Shown: positions 48,260 through 57,963, counted from the first letter of the stretch. The stretch: DNA of 64,000 nt from Candidatus Spongiisociaceae bacterium (GCA_965219685.1 CBDCOH010000002.1:3168001-3232000), one strand, 5' to 3'. Numbers and translations: made by a program. The notes: generated from the sequence alone by a model not told the origin.

Positions 48260-50590
48260 TCAACCGAGATCCCCTACCCGATATCCCGAGGGCGGTTGTA
48301 CTCCCATGAGGTGCTCCACGAAGTAGTCCCAGCGGCGGCGGGTGAAGTATGGATCCTCGTTCCAGGTACCCCACGTGGCGGCATAGTCATGGTTCCGGTT
48401 GGGGAGCACCAGCAGGTCGAAGTCCCGGTTCGCTTCGATCAGAGCATCGACCAACTGCAGGGTTGCCGCAGGATTGACGTTGTCGTCGAGATCCCCGGTC
48501 ACCAGTAGCAGCTTGCCTCGAAGGTTCCCGGCCAGCGTCCGGTTGGCCTGGGTGTCCCAGCCGGGTCCCGGGATGGGTCCGACCCAGCGTTCGCCCCATG
48601 TGACGTTGGTGAGAGCCTGGTCGTGGTTGCCTGACGACGCCACGCCCACGCGATACAGGTCGGGGTGTTCCATCATCGCCCGGACCACGGCGTATGCGCC
48701 TGCGGAGTGGCCGTAGATTCCGACCCGGTCGAGATCGAGATACGGTCTGGCCTCGGCCAACTGCGCCAACACCGCCACGTGATCGGCAAGGCTCCCCACC
48801 GGCCCGACCTCGCCGTACTGTGCATCGAGGAAGGCCTTGGATCTCCCCGGCGTTCCCCGCCCGTCGACGGTGAACACTACGAATCCGAGTTCGGCCAGAC
48901 AGCGGGTGCTCTCCCCCACCACGTCGGTGAAACCACGGGGTGTTCTCGTGGCTTGGGAACCCGGGTAGATGCTCTCGATAACCGGATACTTCTGGGCGGG
49001 GTCGAAGTCGTAGGGCAGGACGATCATCCCGTACAGATCGGTCTCACCGTCGCTCGCCTTGGCGGTGAACCGCTCCGGGTATCTCCATCCCGTGGCCAGG
49101 AGAGGCGAGATGTCGGCTTCGGCCACCTCTGCGACCAATTCGCCCGAGGACTTCCTCAGCACCGTCCTGGGTGGTTGATCGATCCGCGAGAAGCTGTCCA
49201 CGAAGTAGCGGCCGTCCGGAGAGAAGTCCACCCACGGAGGCCACTCTCCGTGCTCGGCGTCCTCCGGGGTCAGGAGGCGTGGCGCCCCTCCGTCGAGGCT
49301 CACGGCATAGAGGTGGTGGTAGTAGGGATCCCTGGAGGGTTCCATGCCGGTGCCCATGAAGAAGGCGGTCCGCGTCTCCTCATCGACCCTCAACAGGTCG
49401 GTGACCAGCCACTCGCCTCCGGTCAGCTGCCTTATGGGTTGGCCGTTGCCGTCGAGAAGGTACAGGTGACCCCAACCGCTCCTGGCGGAGTACCAGATGA
49501 TCTCCTGATGATCCTCCCCAACCCAGACGTTGGGAGCGCCGTAGTAGAGGGCGTTGAGGTCGATCGGCGTTTCGCTCTCCTCCTCCACGAGCACCGAGCA
49601 GTCACCGGTCGCCGGATCGGCTGAGACCAGCCGGACGGAACGCCGGTCCCGATCCCAGTGCAGGAAGCACAGCGCGTCGCCGCGAGCGGACCACCAGGCA
49701 TGACCCAACTCGATGGGAGTCAGGAACGACGACTCCAGCGGAGCCCACGACAGGTCGGTGCGGCCACCGGTCTCGGTATCGAATACCACCAGATGGGCCA
49801 GCGGCAGTTCGGTATCGCCCGGCAGCGCTTGGCGATACGTATGAATCCGGGGTCGCCGAGATCCGTCCTGCGGGGCTCCTTGCCACAGGTGCATCGCCCC
49901 GACCCGCCGTTCGTCGAGCCGATGGGTCAGCAGGTACCGCTCGCCGGGAGACCAGAGCACCTTCGGGGGGACGCTCCGGTTTCCGAGACGGTCGGTGACC
50001 GCCGAGTTGCGACCCTCGGGAGACGATCCGTAGCCGTAGAAGGCTTCGGCGTCGCGGGTGAGGGCCGTCGACGTGCCTTCAACGTGATCGACCAGCACCA
50101 TGTCGCCCTCACCGGCTCTCACCTCGTGTCTGCCGGACGGTGAGATACTCCGCTGCCCCGACCCTCGCTCCGGCGCCCGTTCCTGCACGGAGGAGCCGTC
50201 CAGCCCGCACTCCCAGGCGCGGTCATCGACCACGAAAGCCATCCGGGAGCCATCGGCTGTGTAGTCGAATGTGGCGAACGGGAGGCGCCGCGGCTCGATC
50301 TCCCTTCCGAGGACCTTCGAGAGAGCACGGGCGACCAGCCGGTGGTCGAACGCCTCCCGCTGTTGGCCGTTCTCGGCTTCGACCAGCATGAAGCGGGGAC
50401 CCGAAACCGACTCTGACCGGTACCGGAAGGCAGTGGAGTCCGGTAGCCATCGCACGGGCGTCTCGAGATTGAACACCAGCGACTTGACGTTCCGATGGAG
50501 CATCGCTTCGGCGCGCCGGTAGCGCTCCCGCAAAGCCGGATGCCGGTCAGGGCTCATCGGTCCCGGTCCCGGCGAGACGGCGGCCGTCAC
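48260..50590 (-). CDS. S9-family (DPP-IV-like) serine peptidase; alternative start ATG 50557
   Basis: YPGSQ, DGRGTPGRSKAF, GHSAG nucleophile, DDNV, H of NRNH; GTGA overlap. Confidence 0.9.
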   Translation of the reverse strand: MTAAVSPGPGPMSPDRHPALRERYRRAEAMLHRNVKSLVFNLETPVRWLPDSTAFRYRSESVSGPRFMLVEAENGQQREAFDHRLVARALSKVLGREIEPRRLPFATFDYTADGSRMAFVVDDRAWECGLDGSSVQERAPERGSGQRSISPSGRHEVRAGEGDMVLVDHVEGTSTALTRDAEAFYGYGSSPEGRNSAVTDRLGNRSVPPKVLWSPGERYLLTHRLDERRVGAMHLWQGAPQDGSRRPRIHTYRQALPGDTELPLAHLVVFDTETGGRTDLSWAPLESSFLTPIELGHAWWSARGDALCFLHWDRDRRSVRLVSADPATGDCSVLVEEESETPIDLNALYYGAPNVWVGEDHQEIIWYSARSGWGHLYLLDGNGQPIRQLTGGEWLVTDLLRVDEETRTAFFMGTGMEPSRDPYYHHLYAVSLDGGAPRLLTPEDAEHGEWPPWVDFSPDGRYFVDSFSRIDQPPRTVLRKSSGELVAEVAEADISPLLATGWRYPERFTAKASDGETDLYGMIVLPYDFDPAQKYPVIESIYPGSQATRTPRGFTDVVGESTRCLAELGFVVFTVDGRGTPGRSKAFLDAQYGEVGPVGSLADHVAVLAQLAEARPYLDLDRVGIYGHSAGAYAVVRAMMEHPDLYRVGVASSGNHDQALTNVTWGERWVGPIPGPGWDTQANRTLAGNLRGKLLLVTGDLDDNVNPAATLQLVDALIEANRDFDLLVLPNRNHDYAATWGTWNEDPYFTRRRWDYFVEHLMGVQPPSGYRVGDLG

Positions 50591-51513
50591 AGCAGTCCCC
50601 GGAGGAGCTCTCGTCTGACACCCGCGACGTAGGTGATGGTCGGGTTGACCACCTGGGTGGCGCGCGCTTCGAGGACCTGGCCCAGCAACAGGACGGCTTC
50701 CCGGGGTTCGAGCCCGTAGTCGGCATGGAGCCAGCGGATCAACTCGTTCACTGCCAGTCTGAATGCTCCTTCGGCGGGGCGGTCGGCCGCCACCGTGAAG
50801 ATCCGATCGGTGGTGATGATCCGGGGCCAGAGCATCTCGGCCGGCCGTTGCATGAGTTCGACCCTCAGCCGCAGGAGGGCTCCCGTCTCGACACCGGTAC
50901 CCGCTATCTCGCCGTCGCCCTGCACTGCGTGGACATCGCCGAGGTGCAGCAGAGCACCGCGAACATTGACGGCCAGGCGTACCCTGGCCCCGGGCCCGAG
51001 TTCCTGCACATCCATGTTCCCGCCCCAGGGGCCGACCCGTACCGTCGACTGCGCCTCGTGGGCGGGAGCGACGGCAACCATTCCAACCATCGGCCTGATG
51101 GGGATGGTCAGTCGGCGATCCCAGATCACCCGATCGCCACGTATCCGTACGACACGCGCCGCGGCCACGTCCGAGGTCGTGACGGGTGTCGCCGGAAAGA
51201 GCGGGTTGTACCCCCAGAAGGCGGTGTATCCGACCGGCGCCAATTCTATGTCCTCGATCACGACTTCTATCGCCATCCCCGGCTTGGCTCCGTATACCCA
51301 TATGGCGCCCGAAGAAGGGTTGCCGCGCAGGACCTCGTAGGAATGGTATTTCGACCAATCATCCCGGAGGTCGTGAGGCACCGCCGAGATATCGGGACCT
51401 CGGTTCATCTGGGTGACCACCTCGAAAACCTCGCCCGGCTCCACCGACAGGGTCGTACGGTTGGTAGCACTTGCTTCGTAGTAGAGGGGAGAGGGCCCCT
51501 GGCGCCGTGTCAT
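50587..51513 (-). CDS. Acetamidase/formamidase family protein
   Basis: GAKPG, PMVG..VAP, GGNMD, GDVHAVQGDGE..GVE. Confidence 0.87.
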   Translation of the reverse strand: MTRRQGPSPLYYEASATNRTTLSVEPGEVFEVVTQMNRGPDISAVPHDLRDDWSKYHSYEVLRGNPSSGAIWVYGAKPGMAIEVVIEDIELAPVGYTAFWGYNPLFPATPVTTSDVAAARVVRIRGDRVIWDRRLTIPIRPMVGMVAVAPAHEAQSTVRVGPWGGNMDVQELGPGARVRLAVNVRGALLHLGDVHAVQGDGEIAGTGVETGALLRLRVELMQRPAEMLWPRIITTDRIFTVAADRPAEGAFRLAVNELIRWLHADYGLEPREAVLLLGQVLEARATQVVNPTITYVAGVRRELLRGLL

Positions 51514-51520
51514 CGACCGA

Positions 51521-52687
51521 TCATCCTGCCAGGATCTCCGCCAGACGGTCGGCGATGACCTTCTCCTGTCCCGCCTGCAGGGGGGAGACCCTGATATCCA
51601 GGTAGTCCCGGTCCGGGTCGACCCATTGGTAGTGGGGCCGGAGGATGATGCACGGCTCCCCGTCGTGCAGTTCCTTCACCACCTCCGCCAGTGTCTTTGA
51701 GGAGCGCGAGCGGTCGAACGTCACCCGCAGGGAGTCCGGTGGTTTCGGATCGGCGGTGACGGACCCGTCCTCGTAGGAGAAGCTCAGGAACGGGAACCCA
51801 TCGAGACGGGACCGCATGTTGTCCATGAGCCGCCGGTATCCGCGGAATCGCTGCTCGTGGTCCATCTCCAGCCAGATCTTCAGAGCCGCGTAGGCCGCAA
51901 CTATCTCGGGGCGCCCGACTTTCATGTGCCTTCCGAACGCCTGCGCGTCCGGGCCCTCGAAGGCCAGGTAGCTGTTCCTGCGGGCAGCCGCGATCCCGGC
52001 GGCCGTTCCAGTGAGGATGCCCGCCATCGAACCGGCGCCGAAGAACTTGCCGCTGTAGGTTGCGAAATCGGCGCCGGCGCGCACGTACTTGCTGAAGTTC
52101 TCAACTGGGTAGACCTGCTCGGCCGCGTCGACTATGACCGCCAAGTGATGGCGCTTGGCGATCTCGAGGACCCGGTCGAACGGAACCACGTTCGGCGCAC
52201 CGGGCGCATAGAAGAAGATCGCCTTCGTCCGCTCGCCGATGACGCTCTCGATGTCCGGCTCCGAGGTGGAACTCTCGTCACCGGCCAGCACGATCCGGCC
52301 GCCGGCTCCCTCGAGACACCGGTCGTAGAAGGTACGCCTGCCGGCCTGAACCACGAACTCGTTGCGGAGCCCCGTGGTGTCGGGGATCCTCGCCACCAGG
52401 TCCTTCCTTCCCTCCGTCATGCAGGCAGCCGTGGCCAGAACCGTCGCTGCCGCTGCTCCAGGCGTCACGAGGGCCGCTTCGATCCCGAGCATTCCTGCGA
52501 TTGCCCCGCCGGCCGCGTCCGAGAGGCTCTCCACTTCCATGAAGGACTCGTTGGCCGCCGACATGGCCTCGAGCACCGGCCCGCGGGGGAGGCTGCCACC
52601 CAGCCCTGTGAGGTCGTTGTGCGCATTGATCACCGGGCGAGCGCCCAGGTCCGAGAGAAGCTCGTGCCCGGTCCATCCACCGCTCAT
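51521..52687 (-). CDS. SelA/DgaE-like fold-type-I PLP enzyme
   Basis: PVINA..T.LGGS, TPGAAAA, VDAAE, YSGK, GRHMKVG. Confidence 0.8.
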   Translation of the reverse strand: MSGGWTGHELLSDLGARPVINAHNDLTGLGGSLPRGPVLEAMSAANESFMEVESLSDAAGGAIAGMLGIEAALVTPGAAAATVLATAACMTEGRKDLVARIPDTTGLRNEFVVQAGRRTFYDRCLEGAGGRIVLAGDESSTSEPDIESVIGERTKAIFFYAPGAPNVVPFDRVLEIAKRHHLAVIVDAAEQVYPVENFSKYVRAGADFATYSGKFFGAGSMAGILTGTAAGIAAARRNSYLAFEGPDAQAFGRHMKVGRPEIVAAYAALKIWLEMDHEQRFRGYRRLMDNMRSRLDGFPFLSFSYEDGSVTADPKPPDSLRVTFDRSRSSKTLAEVVKELHDGEPCIILRPHYQWVDPDRDYLDIRVSPLQAGQEKVIADRLAEILAG

Positions 52688-52732
52688 GGGGTGGAGATAC
52701 CCCCGGTAGTCGACACGATCCTCAAGCGCTGA

Positions 52733-53722
52733 TCACTCTGCGGTCCGGCTTGTGAGGATCCTCGCCAGCCGGTCGGCACCGATGCTCCCGCCGCTCACTA
52801 AGCAGGCGACGGGGCCATCCCTCCGGTCCCCGAGGGCCGCGGCCAGCGACATGGCGCCGGAACCCTCCACCACCAGCTTGTTCCCCAACGCCAAGCAGGC
52901 AATTGCCGCGCGAACATCGTCCTCGGAGACGAGAACGACCCGGTCCACCACCGAGCTCACCAGCGGGTACATCTCGTCGACCACCACCGGCACGGACGTG
53001 CCGTCACATATCGTCGCCCCGGCCTGTACCCAGGTCGGCCTTCCGCCGTCCAGAGCCGCTCCCAACGAGGGGCAGGCCTTGCTCTGCACTCCCACGACCT
53101 CGACGTCCGGCCGCAGTTCCTTCATGACACTGCCTATCGCCGCCACCAGCCCGCCGCCACCCACGGGTATGTAGACAGCGGCCAGTTCGGGAAGCTCGTC
53201 GAGTATCTCGATCCCGATGGTCCCGGATCCCGCCAGCATCGAGCGGTCACCCCAGGGGTTGAGGTAGCTGTACGGTTCCCGTTCCCATCCCCGGTCGAAG
53301 ACGTAGTCCATCAGCGCCGAGAACGGCACCGGCACCGGGGTGACGCCGTAGGAGCGGACACCGTCGACCTTCACCCTCGGCGCGCTGTCCGGCAGGAGGC
53401 TCCTGGCCGGGACCCCGAGGAGGCGGGCCACGTACCCCAGGGCCTGAGCCGTATTGCCGGCACTCTGCGTGCTCAACCCCCTCTCGAGTCCGGCGGCGGA
53501 CAGCGACCGGGCCCAGTTCAGCACCCCCCGGAGCTTGAACGATCCTGCGGGCTGGAGGCATTCCGCCTTGAGCCAGACGGGCGCCCCCGGCTCCGTGGCC
53601 CTGTACCTCAGGAGCGGCGTCCGCAGCGCCACCCCGGCTATACGACCGGCCGCCTCCTCCACGTCACCGATGGACGGCGGGGGAACGGGAGGACCGCCGG
53701 ATCCGGTTCTCATCTGCTTCAT
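52733..53722 (-). CDS. Threonine/serine dehydratase-like fold-type-II PLP enzyme
   Basis: RTPL, LKAECLQPAGSFKLRG, SAGN, PVGGGGL, EGSGA, SGG. Confidence 0.88.
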   Translation of the reverse strand: MKQMRTGSGGPPVPPPSIGDVEEAAGRIAGVALRTPLLRYRATEPGAPVWLKAECLQPAGSFKLRGVLNWARSLSAAGLERGLSTQSAGNTAQALGYVARLLGVPARSLLPDSAPRVKVDGVRSYGVTPVPVPFSALMDYVFDRGWEREPYSYLNPWGDRSMLAGSGTIGIEILDELPELAAVYIPVGGGGLVAAIGSVMKELRPDVEVVGVQSKACPSLGAALDGGRPTWVQAGATICDGTSVPVVVDEMYPLVSSVVDRVVLVSEDDVRAAIACLALGNKLVVEGSGAMSLAAALGDRRDGPVACLVSGGSIGADRLARILTSRTAE

Positions 53723-53772
53723 AGGTTCACTCCCTGCATCGTCGCCGCGAGAGGTAGGAGCGTAGGGTATGC
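53703..53772. repeat. Diverged direct repeat, left copy (partner 54949-55019)
   Basis: CCGGTTCTCATCTG..CAT..GTTCACTCCCTGC..GGAGCGTAGGGTATGC; about 59/71 identical by manual alignment. Confidence 0.88.
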
Positions 53773-53896
53773 GGCTCGGAATCGACCAAACCCTGGTCGG
53801 CGCTCGACATCAGGCCCAGCAGTTACCGACGGTCTCGTGGGGATCGTCTTCGACGAAGGCGCGAGGGGGTTTGATCCCCTCCCGAGCCGATGCACC

Positions 53897-54617
53897 TCAT
53901 GACTCAGGATCATCGGTGCCTGGTTGTCGCGGGGCGGTGACTTCGTAGCCCATGTTCCGAAGCTGGTCGACCGCGGCTTCGGTATGTTGGCGGACCGTGG
54001 CCCGAGCCTGGTTCCGCTCCCAATCGACGAGGGACTCCTCTACGATCGTGTCTCATCCACTCCGCCAATCCAGAAATAGCTTCTCGCGATCCAGAAACCG
54101 CAGGAACTCCTCTACTCTCTACTGTCGGCCTGAATCGCCTCCCGCCCACGGGGAAGTGGATCTCGAACAGCCTCGGTGGAGGTAGGTCGGCGGTTCCATA
54201 TATCCACCCGAACTCCAGAGACTCGGCATGCAGATGCACATGGGCAGGCGGCTTGCTACGCGCGTCCCGGTCGTACTCGACACGAAACACCGGACGGGGC
54301 TTCCTACGTGGAACGGGTCGTACCCACAATCCATAGGTTGAATGCTGAACGGCAAGAAACTCCGATTCGTCATCCAGCGATACACGGAACTCGATCTTCA
54401 ACATCAGCCGACTCTGACCCGAGTCGCAAGCACGAGTAAGTGGGATCGGACTAAACCCAGAACCTTCGGGACTGAATGGCAGAGGTCCGATGTGTAGCTG
54501 CCGCACCTCGTTCGTCTCAACGACTCCGAACTCAGGCGCATCAGTGATACACCCTTGGATCAAGGTAGTCAGGTGGCTGGCAAACTCTTCGGATTTGGCT
54601 TGAAGACCCTCATTCAC
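53897..54617 (-). pseudogene. Frameshifted hypothetical protein (second gene of the inserted pair)
   Basis: A 7-bp tandem duplication at 54110-54123 shifts the frame after RPTVE; the restored frame continues EFLRFLDREKLFLDWRSG*DTIVEE..LRNMGYEVTAP, with an internal TGA at 54053-54055. Confidence 0.72.
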
Positions 54618-54802
54618 GCTACGTTCGGAAGGTCCTCTTCGGTGAGGGTGCCACCCCAGATGAGCCACAGGTCCCGCAACGCCGGGTCGTCGAGACGGTC
54701 GGCCTTGCCGAGTTCGTAGAACACGCGCAGTCCGAGCCCGACATCGTTGGCGGCCCTTTCCAGCATCCTGACAACCTCTTCCCGAGGGACGGTGATGGTC
54801 AC
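54614..54802 (-). CDS. Small acidic hypothetical protein (antitoxin-like first gene of the pair); alternative start 54844
   Basis: AAGGAGG RBS + GTG; 62 aa; GTGA overlap with the next gene. Confidence 0.6.
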   Translation of the reverse strand: MTITVPREEVVRMLERAANDVGLGLRVFYELGKADRLDDPALRDLWLIWGGTLTEEDLPNVA

Positions 54803-54948
54803 GCTGTATTCCTCCTTAGCTACATCCCAGTCTACTTTCCGCATGAGACAAGTTCTCGGGATCTCTTCGTCACTCCTTGCGTTCGACTCTGCAAGCGGCG
54901 TGTGACTTGCGCCGATCACCGGGCGACACCAAGCCAGCCCCCCAGGAG

Positions 54949-55019
54949 CCGGTTCTCATCTGGGTCATTCGTTCACTCCCTGCCATCGTTGCCGTCAAGG
55001 ATCGGAGCGTAGGGTATGC
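54949..55019. repeat. Diverged direct repeat, right copy (includes the 3' end of the ABC ATPase gene)
   Basis: See 53703-53772. Confidence 0.88.
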
Positions 55020-55806
55020 ACATCGGTGACCCTGTCCTGGGGTCGGTCACCACCGACGCCTCGACCCCGAAGCAGTCCCTCAGCAGTGCAGGCGTCAACA
55101 CCTCGTCGGGAGCGCCGTCGGCCACCAGCTCGCCGCCGGACATTGCGATCATGCGATCAGAGAACCTGGCCGCATGATTCAGGTCGTGGAGCACCATGAC
55201 GATGGTCACTCCCCGGTCTCTGTTCAGGCTTGACACCAACTGCAGCAGGTCCAGCTGGTGCCCGACGTCGAGGAAGGTGGTGGGCTCGTCCAGGAGGAGG
55301 ACCTCGGTCCGCTGGGCGAGGGTGAGCGCCATCCAGGCGCGCTGACGCTCACCCCCCGACAGCGTGTCGATGGGACGGTGGACGAAGTCCTCGAGGCGCG
55401 TCATCCGGATGGCGTCCTCGATTGCCGCATCGTCCTGGCGGCGGAGCATCCCGAGCGTGCCGACATGGGGAAACCGGCCTTGCTCGACCAACTCCAGGAC
55501 GGTGAGTTCGGCCGGGACCTCGTGCACCTGCGGGAGGATCGCCATCTGGCGAGCCACGTGGCGGGTCGGTAGCCCGTTTATGTCCCGGCCGTTGAGGTAC
55601 ACGGCACCTGCCAATGGCGCGATCAGACGTGCCAGCGTCTTGAGGGTGGTGCTCTTCCCCGATCCGTTGGGACCCACCAGAGCCGTTCTGCTCCCCCTCT
55701 CGACACTGAGACCGAGGCGCTCGGACACCACGTGCCCTCCGTATCCGGTGGACATCGCGTCGGTTAGCAGGACGGGTCCTCTGACCATTGACTCCTCCCC
55801 GGTCAT
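54973..55806 (-). CDS. Iron-chelate/cobalamin ABC transporter ATP-binding protein (FecE/FepC type)
   Basis: GPNGSGKST, LSGGERQRAW, LLDEPTTFLD, VLHDLN. Confidence 0.92.
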   Translation of the reverse strand: MTGEESMVRGPVLLTDAMSTGYGGHVVSERLGLSVERGSRTALVGPNGSGKSTTLKTLARLIAPLAGAVYLNGRDINGLPTRHVARQMAILPQVHEVPAELTVLELVEQGRFPHVGTLGMLRRQDDAAIEDAIRMTRLEDFVHRPIDTLSGGERQRAWMALTLAQRTEVLLLDEPTTFLDVGHQLDLLQLVSSLNRDRGVTIVMVLHDLNHAARFSDRMIAMSGGELVADGAPDEVLTPALLRDCFGVEASVVTDPRTGSPMCIPYAPILDGNDGRE

Positions 55807-56891
55807 GGCATGCGTTCGCGCATGAGATAGAGAAAGAATGGCGCTCCCAGCAGGGCGGTGAAGGCTCCAACCGGTACGCGGCTGCCGCTCTCGGTCCTGA
55901 TGTCGACGAAGGGAATCCAGTCGAGCGAGAACACGCGCGCCATAAGGTCTGCGCCGACCAGGATGACCGCCCCGACCAGAGCCGAACATGTCAGAAGCCT
56001 CCGGAGGTCCGAGCCCACCAGGCTCCGCGCCAGATGCGGGCCGATGAGACCCAGGAAGGCGACACCGCCCACGACGGACACCGATCCGGCCGCCAGCACG
56101 ACGGCGGTCGCGAGGATGAAGACACGGGCCATTTCGCGCCGCAGTCCGAGGCTCACCGACGTGCTGTCTCCCAGCTGCAGTGCATTGGCCAAAGGGATGG
56201 CCACCACCACGAGCGGAAGCGCCAGGACCGCGACCGGCACCAGAAAGACCAGGTGGTCCCACGTCCTGGTGCTCAGCGATCCGACCAGCCATCTGACGAT
56301 CGAATCGATGTGGCTACCCGAGATCAGCACCATGAACGACGTGACCGACGAGATCGCGGCGGCGGCGACCACCCCGGTCAGGATCAGCCGGATCGGGTCG
56401 GTGCCGTCGCGCCGGTAGCTGAGCACGTAGACGATGGCTCCGGCCACTAGACCACCCGCGATCGCCGCCAGAGGCACCAGGGCGTTCAGATCGTTGAGCG
56501 CCCCTTCCGACCCGAAGGTGATCACCAGCGCCAGGACCGCTCCCAGAACGGCGCCCTGAGTCACCCCGACTGTTGCGGGCGCGGCCAGGGGATTCCGGAG
56601 AACCGACTGGAAGAGCGCCCCGGACGAGGACAGCATCGACCCGGCCAGAGCGGCGATCAGGACGCGGGGCAGTCGCACCTCCCACACCGAGATACGGTGG
56701 TGGACCTCCTCGGCTTGGTCGATCAGCGCCTTGAGGACGAGGTCGGGACCGAAGATGACCGGGCCAAGCATCACGTACGCGAACATCGAGGCCAGGAGCA
56801 CGGTCCCCAGCGTCAGCAGTACCCGGAGGGACCGGGCCTCGGGCGTGGCGACAGCCTCCCCGCGCCGGCCGACCGCAGCGGTGGCGGTCAC
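55803..56891 (-). CDS. FecCD-family ABC permease
   Basis: RLPR, RNPLA, GGVAFLGLIGPH, AD..AR, GAPFF; GTGA overlap. Confidence 0.92.
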   Translation of the reverse strand: MTATAAVGRRGEAVATPEARSLRVLLTLGTVLLASMFAYVMLGPVIFGPDLVLKALIDQAEEVHHRISVWEVRLPRVLIAALAGSMLSSSGALFQSVLRNPLAAPATVGVTQGAVLGAVLALVITFGSEGALNDLNALVPLAAIAGGLVAGAIVYVLSYRRDGTDPIRLILTGVVAAAAISSVTSFMVLISGSHIDSIVRWLVGSLSTRTWDHLVFLVPVAVLALPLVVVAIPLANALQLGDSTSVSLGLRREMARVFILATAVVLAAGSVSVVGGVAFLGLIGPHLARSLVGSDLRRLLTCSALVGAVILVGADLMARVFSLDWIPFVDIRTESGSRVPVGAFTALLGAPFFLYLMRERMP

Positions 56892-57874
56892 GGGATGGCC
56901 CTTCTCTGCAGCAGCCCTCTTTGCATGAGCACCAGCAATGCCGGAGCACCGAGCACAGCCGTCCACAGACCGACCGCAATCTCGTGGGGATGAAGGGCGA
57001 GCCGCGCAGCCATGTCGGCGCTCAATACGAGAATCGCGCCCACCGCGGCAGAGACCGGAAGGACGATCCGTGCGTCCGAAGTCCGCAGCAACCTGCGGAC
57101 GATGTGGGGCGAGACGAGTGCCACGAATCCGATCGGGCCGGCGATGGCGATCACCGGCGCCACCAGCACAACCGACGCGCCGAAGAGCAGTGCCCTGGTG
57201 CGCCGGACGGCGACCCCGAGACCCTCGGCCATCTCGTCGCCCAACCTCAGAATGTTCAGGGGCCTCCCGGCCAGGAGAAATATCACGGGGAGGGCAACCG
57301 TCCACGGAGCCACCAGGCGCACCTCCTCCCATTGAACGTCGGAGAGGCTCCCGACCAGGAAACGGTAGATGATCGAAACGCCTCCGAAGTTGGGGGCGAG
57401 CGTGATAACCGCTATCACCAGCGCGTTCAGCAAGGCGGCGAATGCCGCTCCCACCAGCAGCATGCGCATCGGGTTGCTCTTGAGACTCACCAGCGACAGG
57501 ATCACCGTTCCCGTAACCAGGCCGGCCAGCAGAGCGGCTACAGGCAGCGCGATACCCGGAAACGGGAGCCGGAAGGCGACGATGGTGGCGACTGCCAGGG
57601 AGGCTCCTGCGGACACCCCGATCAGCTCCGGTCCGGCAAGAGGGTTCCGCAGCGTATCCTGCATCACCGCGCCCGAGACGCCGAGCATCCCACCAGCGAC
57701 CACTCCGCCTATCACTCTCGGAAGCCGGAGGTTCTGCACGATGAACCGCTGGTTTCCCTCCGGCATCGCCGAGCCGAAGAGGGCTTCCAATACTTGCCGG
57801 ACCGACAGGTCGGGCGTTCCCCGCATGAGCGACGCCACAGCCACCACTGCACAAAGGCAGGCGATGATGGCCAC
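56888..57874 (-). CDS. FecCD-family ABC permease (start uncertain)
   Basis: LRLPR, RNPLAGP, GPIGFVALVSPH, GAP. Confidence 0.9.
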   Translation of the reverse strand: MAIIACLCAVVAVASLMRGTPDLSVRQVLEALFGSAMPEGNQRFIVQNLRLPRVIGGVVAGGMLGVSGAVMQDTLRNPLAGPELIGVSAGASLAVATIVAFRLPFPGIALPVAALLAGLVTGTVILSLVSLKSNPMRMLLVGAAFAALLNALVIAVITLAPNFGGVSIIYRFLVGSLSDVQWEEVRLVAPWTVALPVIFLLAGRPLNILRLGDEMAEGLGVAVRRTRALLFGASVVLVAPVIAIAGPIGFVALVSPHIVRRLLRTSDARIVLPVSAAVGAILVLSADMAARLALHPHEIAVGLWTAVLGAPALLVLMQRGLLQRRAIP

Positions 57875-57925
57875 GACGATGGTCGCCCGCGCCCACCGGC
57901 TCCGGCGCAGCGGGTGGCTCCTCAG

Positions 57926-57963
57926 GTAGAGGAGGGTCGGGAGCCGAGGCGACCCTCCTCTAC
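57926..57963. promoter_or_regulatory. Perfect 14-bp intercistronic hairpin between binding-protein and permease genes
   Basis: GTAGAGGAGGGTCG-N10-CGACCCTCCTCTAC; no U-tract. Confidence 0.75.

Noticed and set aside
48260-51358. 1032-aa ORF as one giant protein
   Set aside because: The N-terminal ~255 aa are an off-frame overlap with the acetamidase gene; peptidase motifs start after 50590
51521-52687. Selenocysteine synthase SelA or a Sec system
   Set aside because: Shorter than SelA, no selB/selC/selD visible; fits the SelA-like/DgaE family
55803-57896. 697-aa ORF, and similar extensions at 25863, 26699 and 39993
   Set aside because: Shadow-frame extensions over upstream genes; real starts are set by stop/start overlaps and motifs
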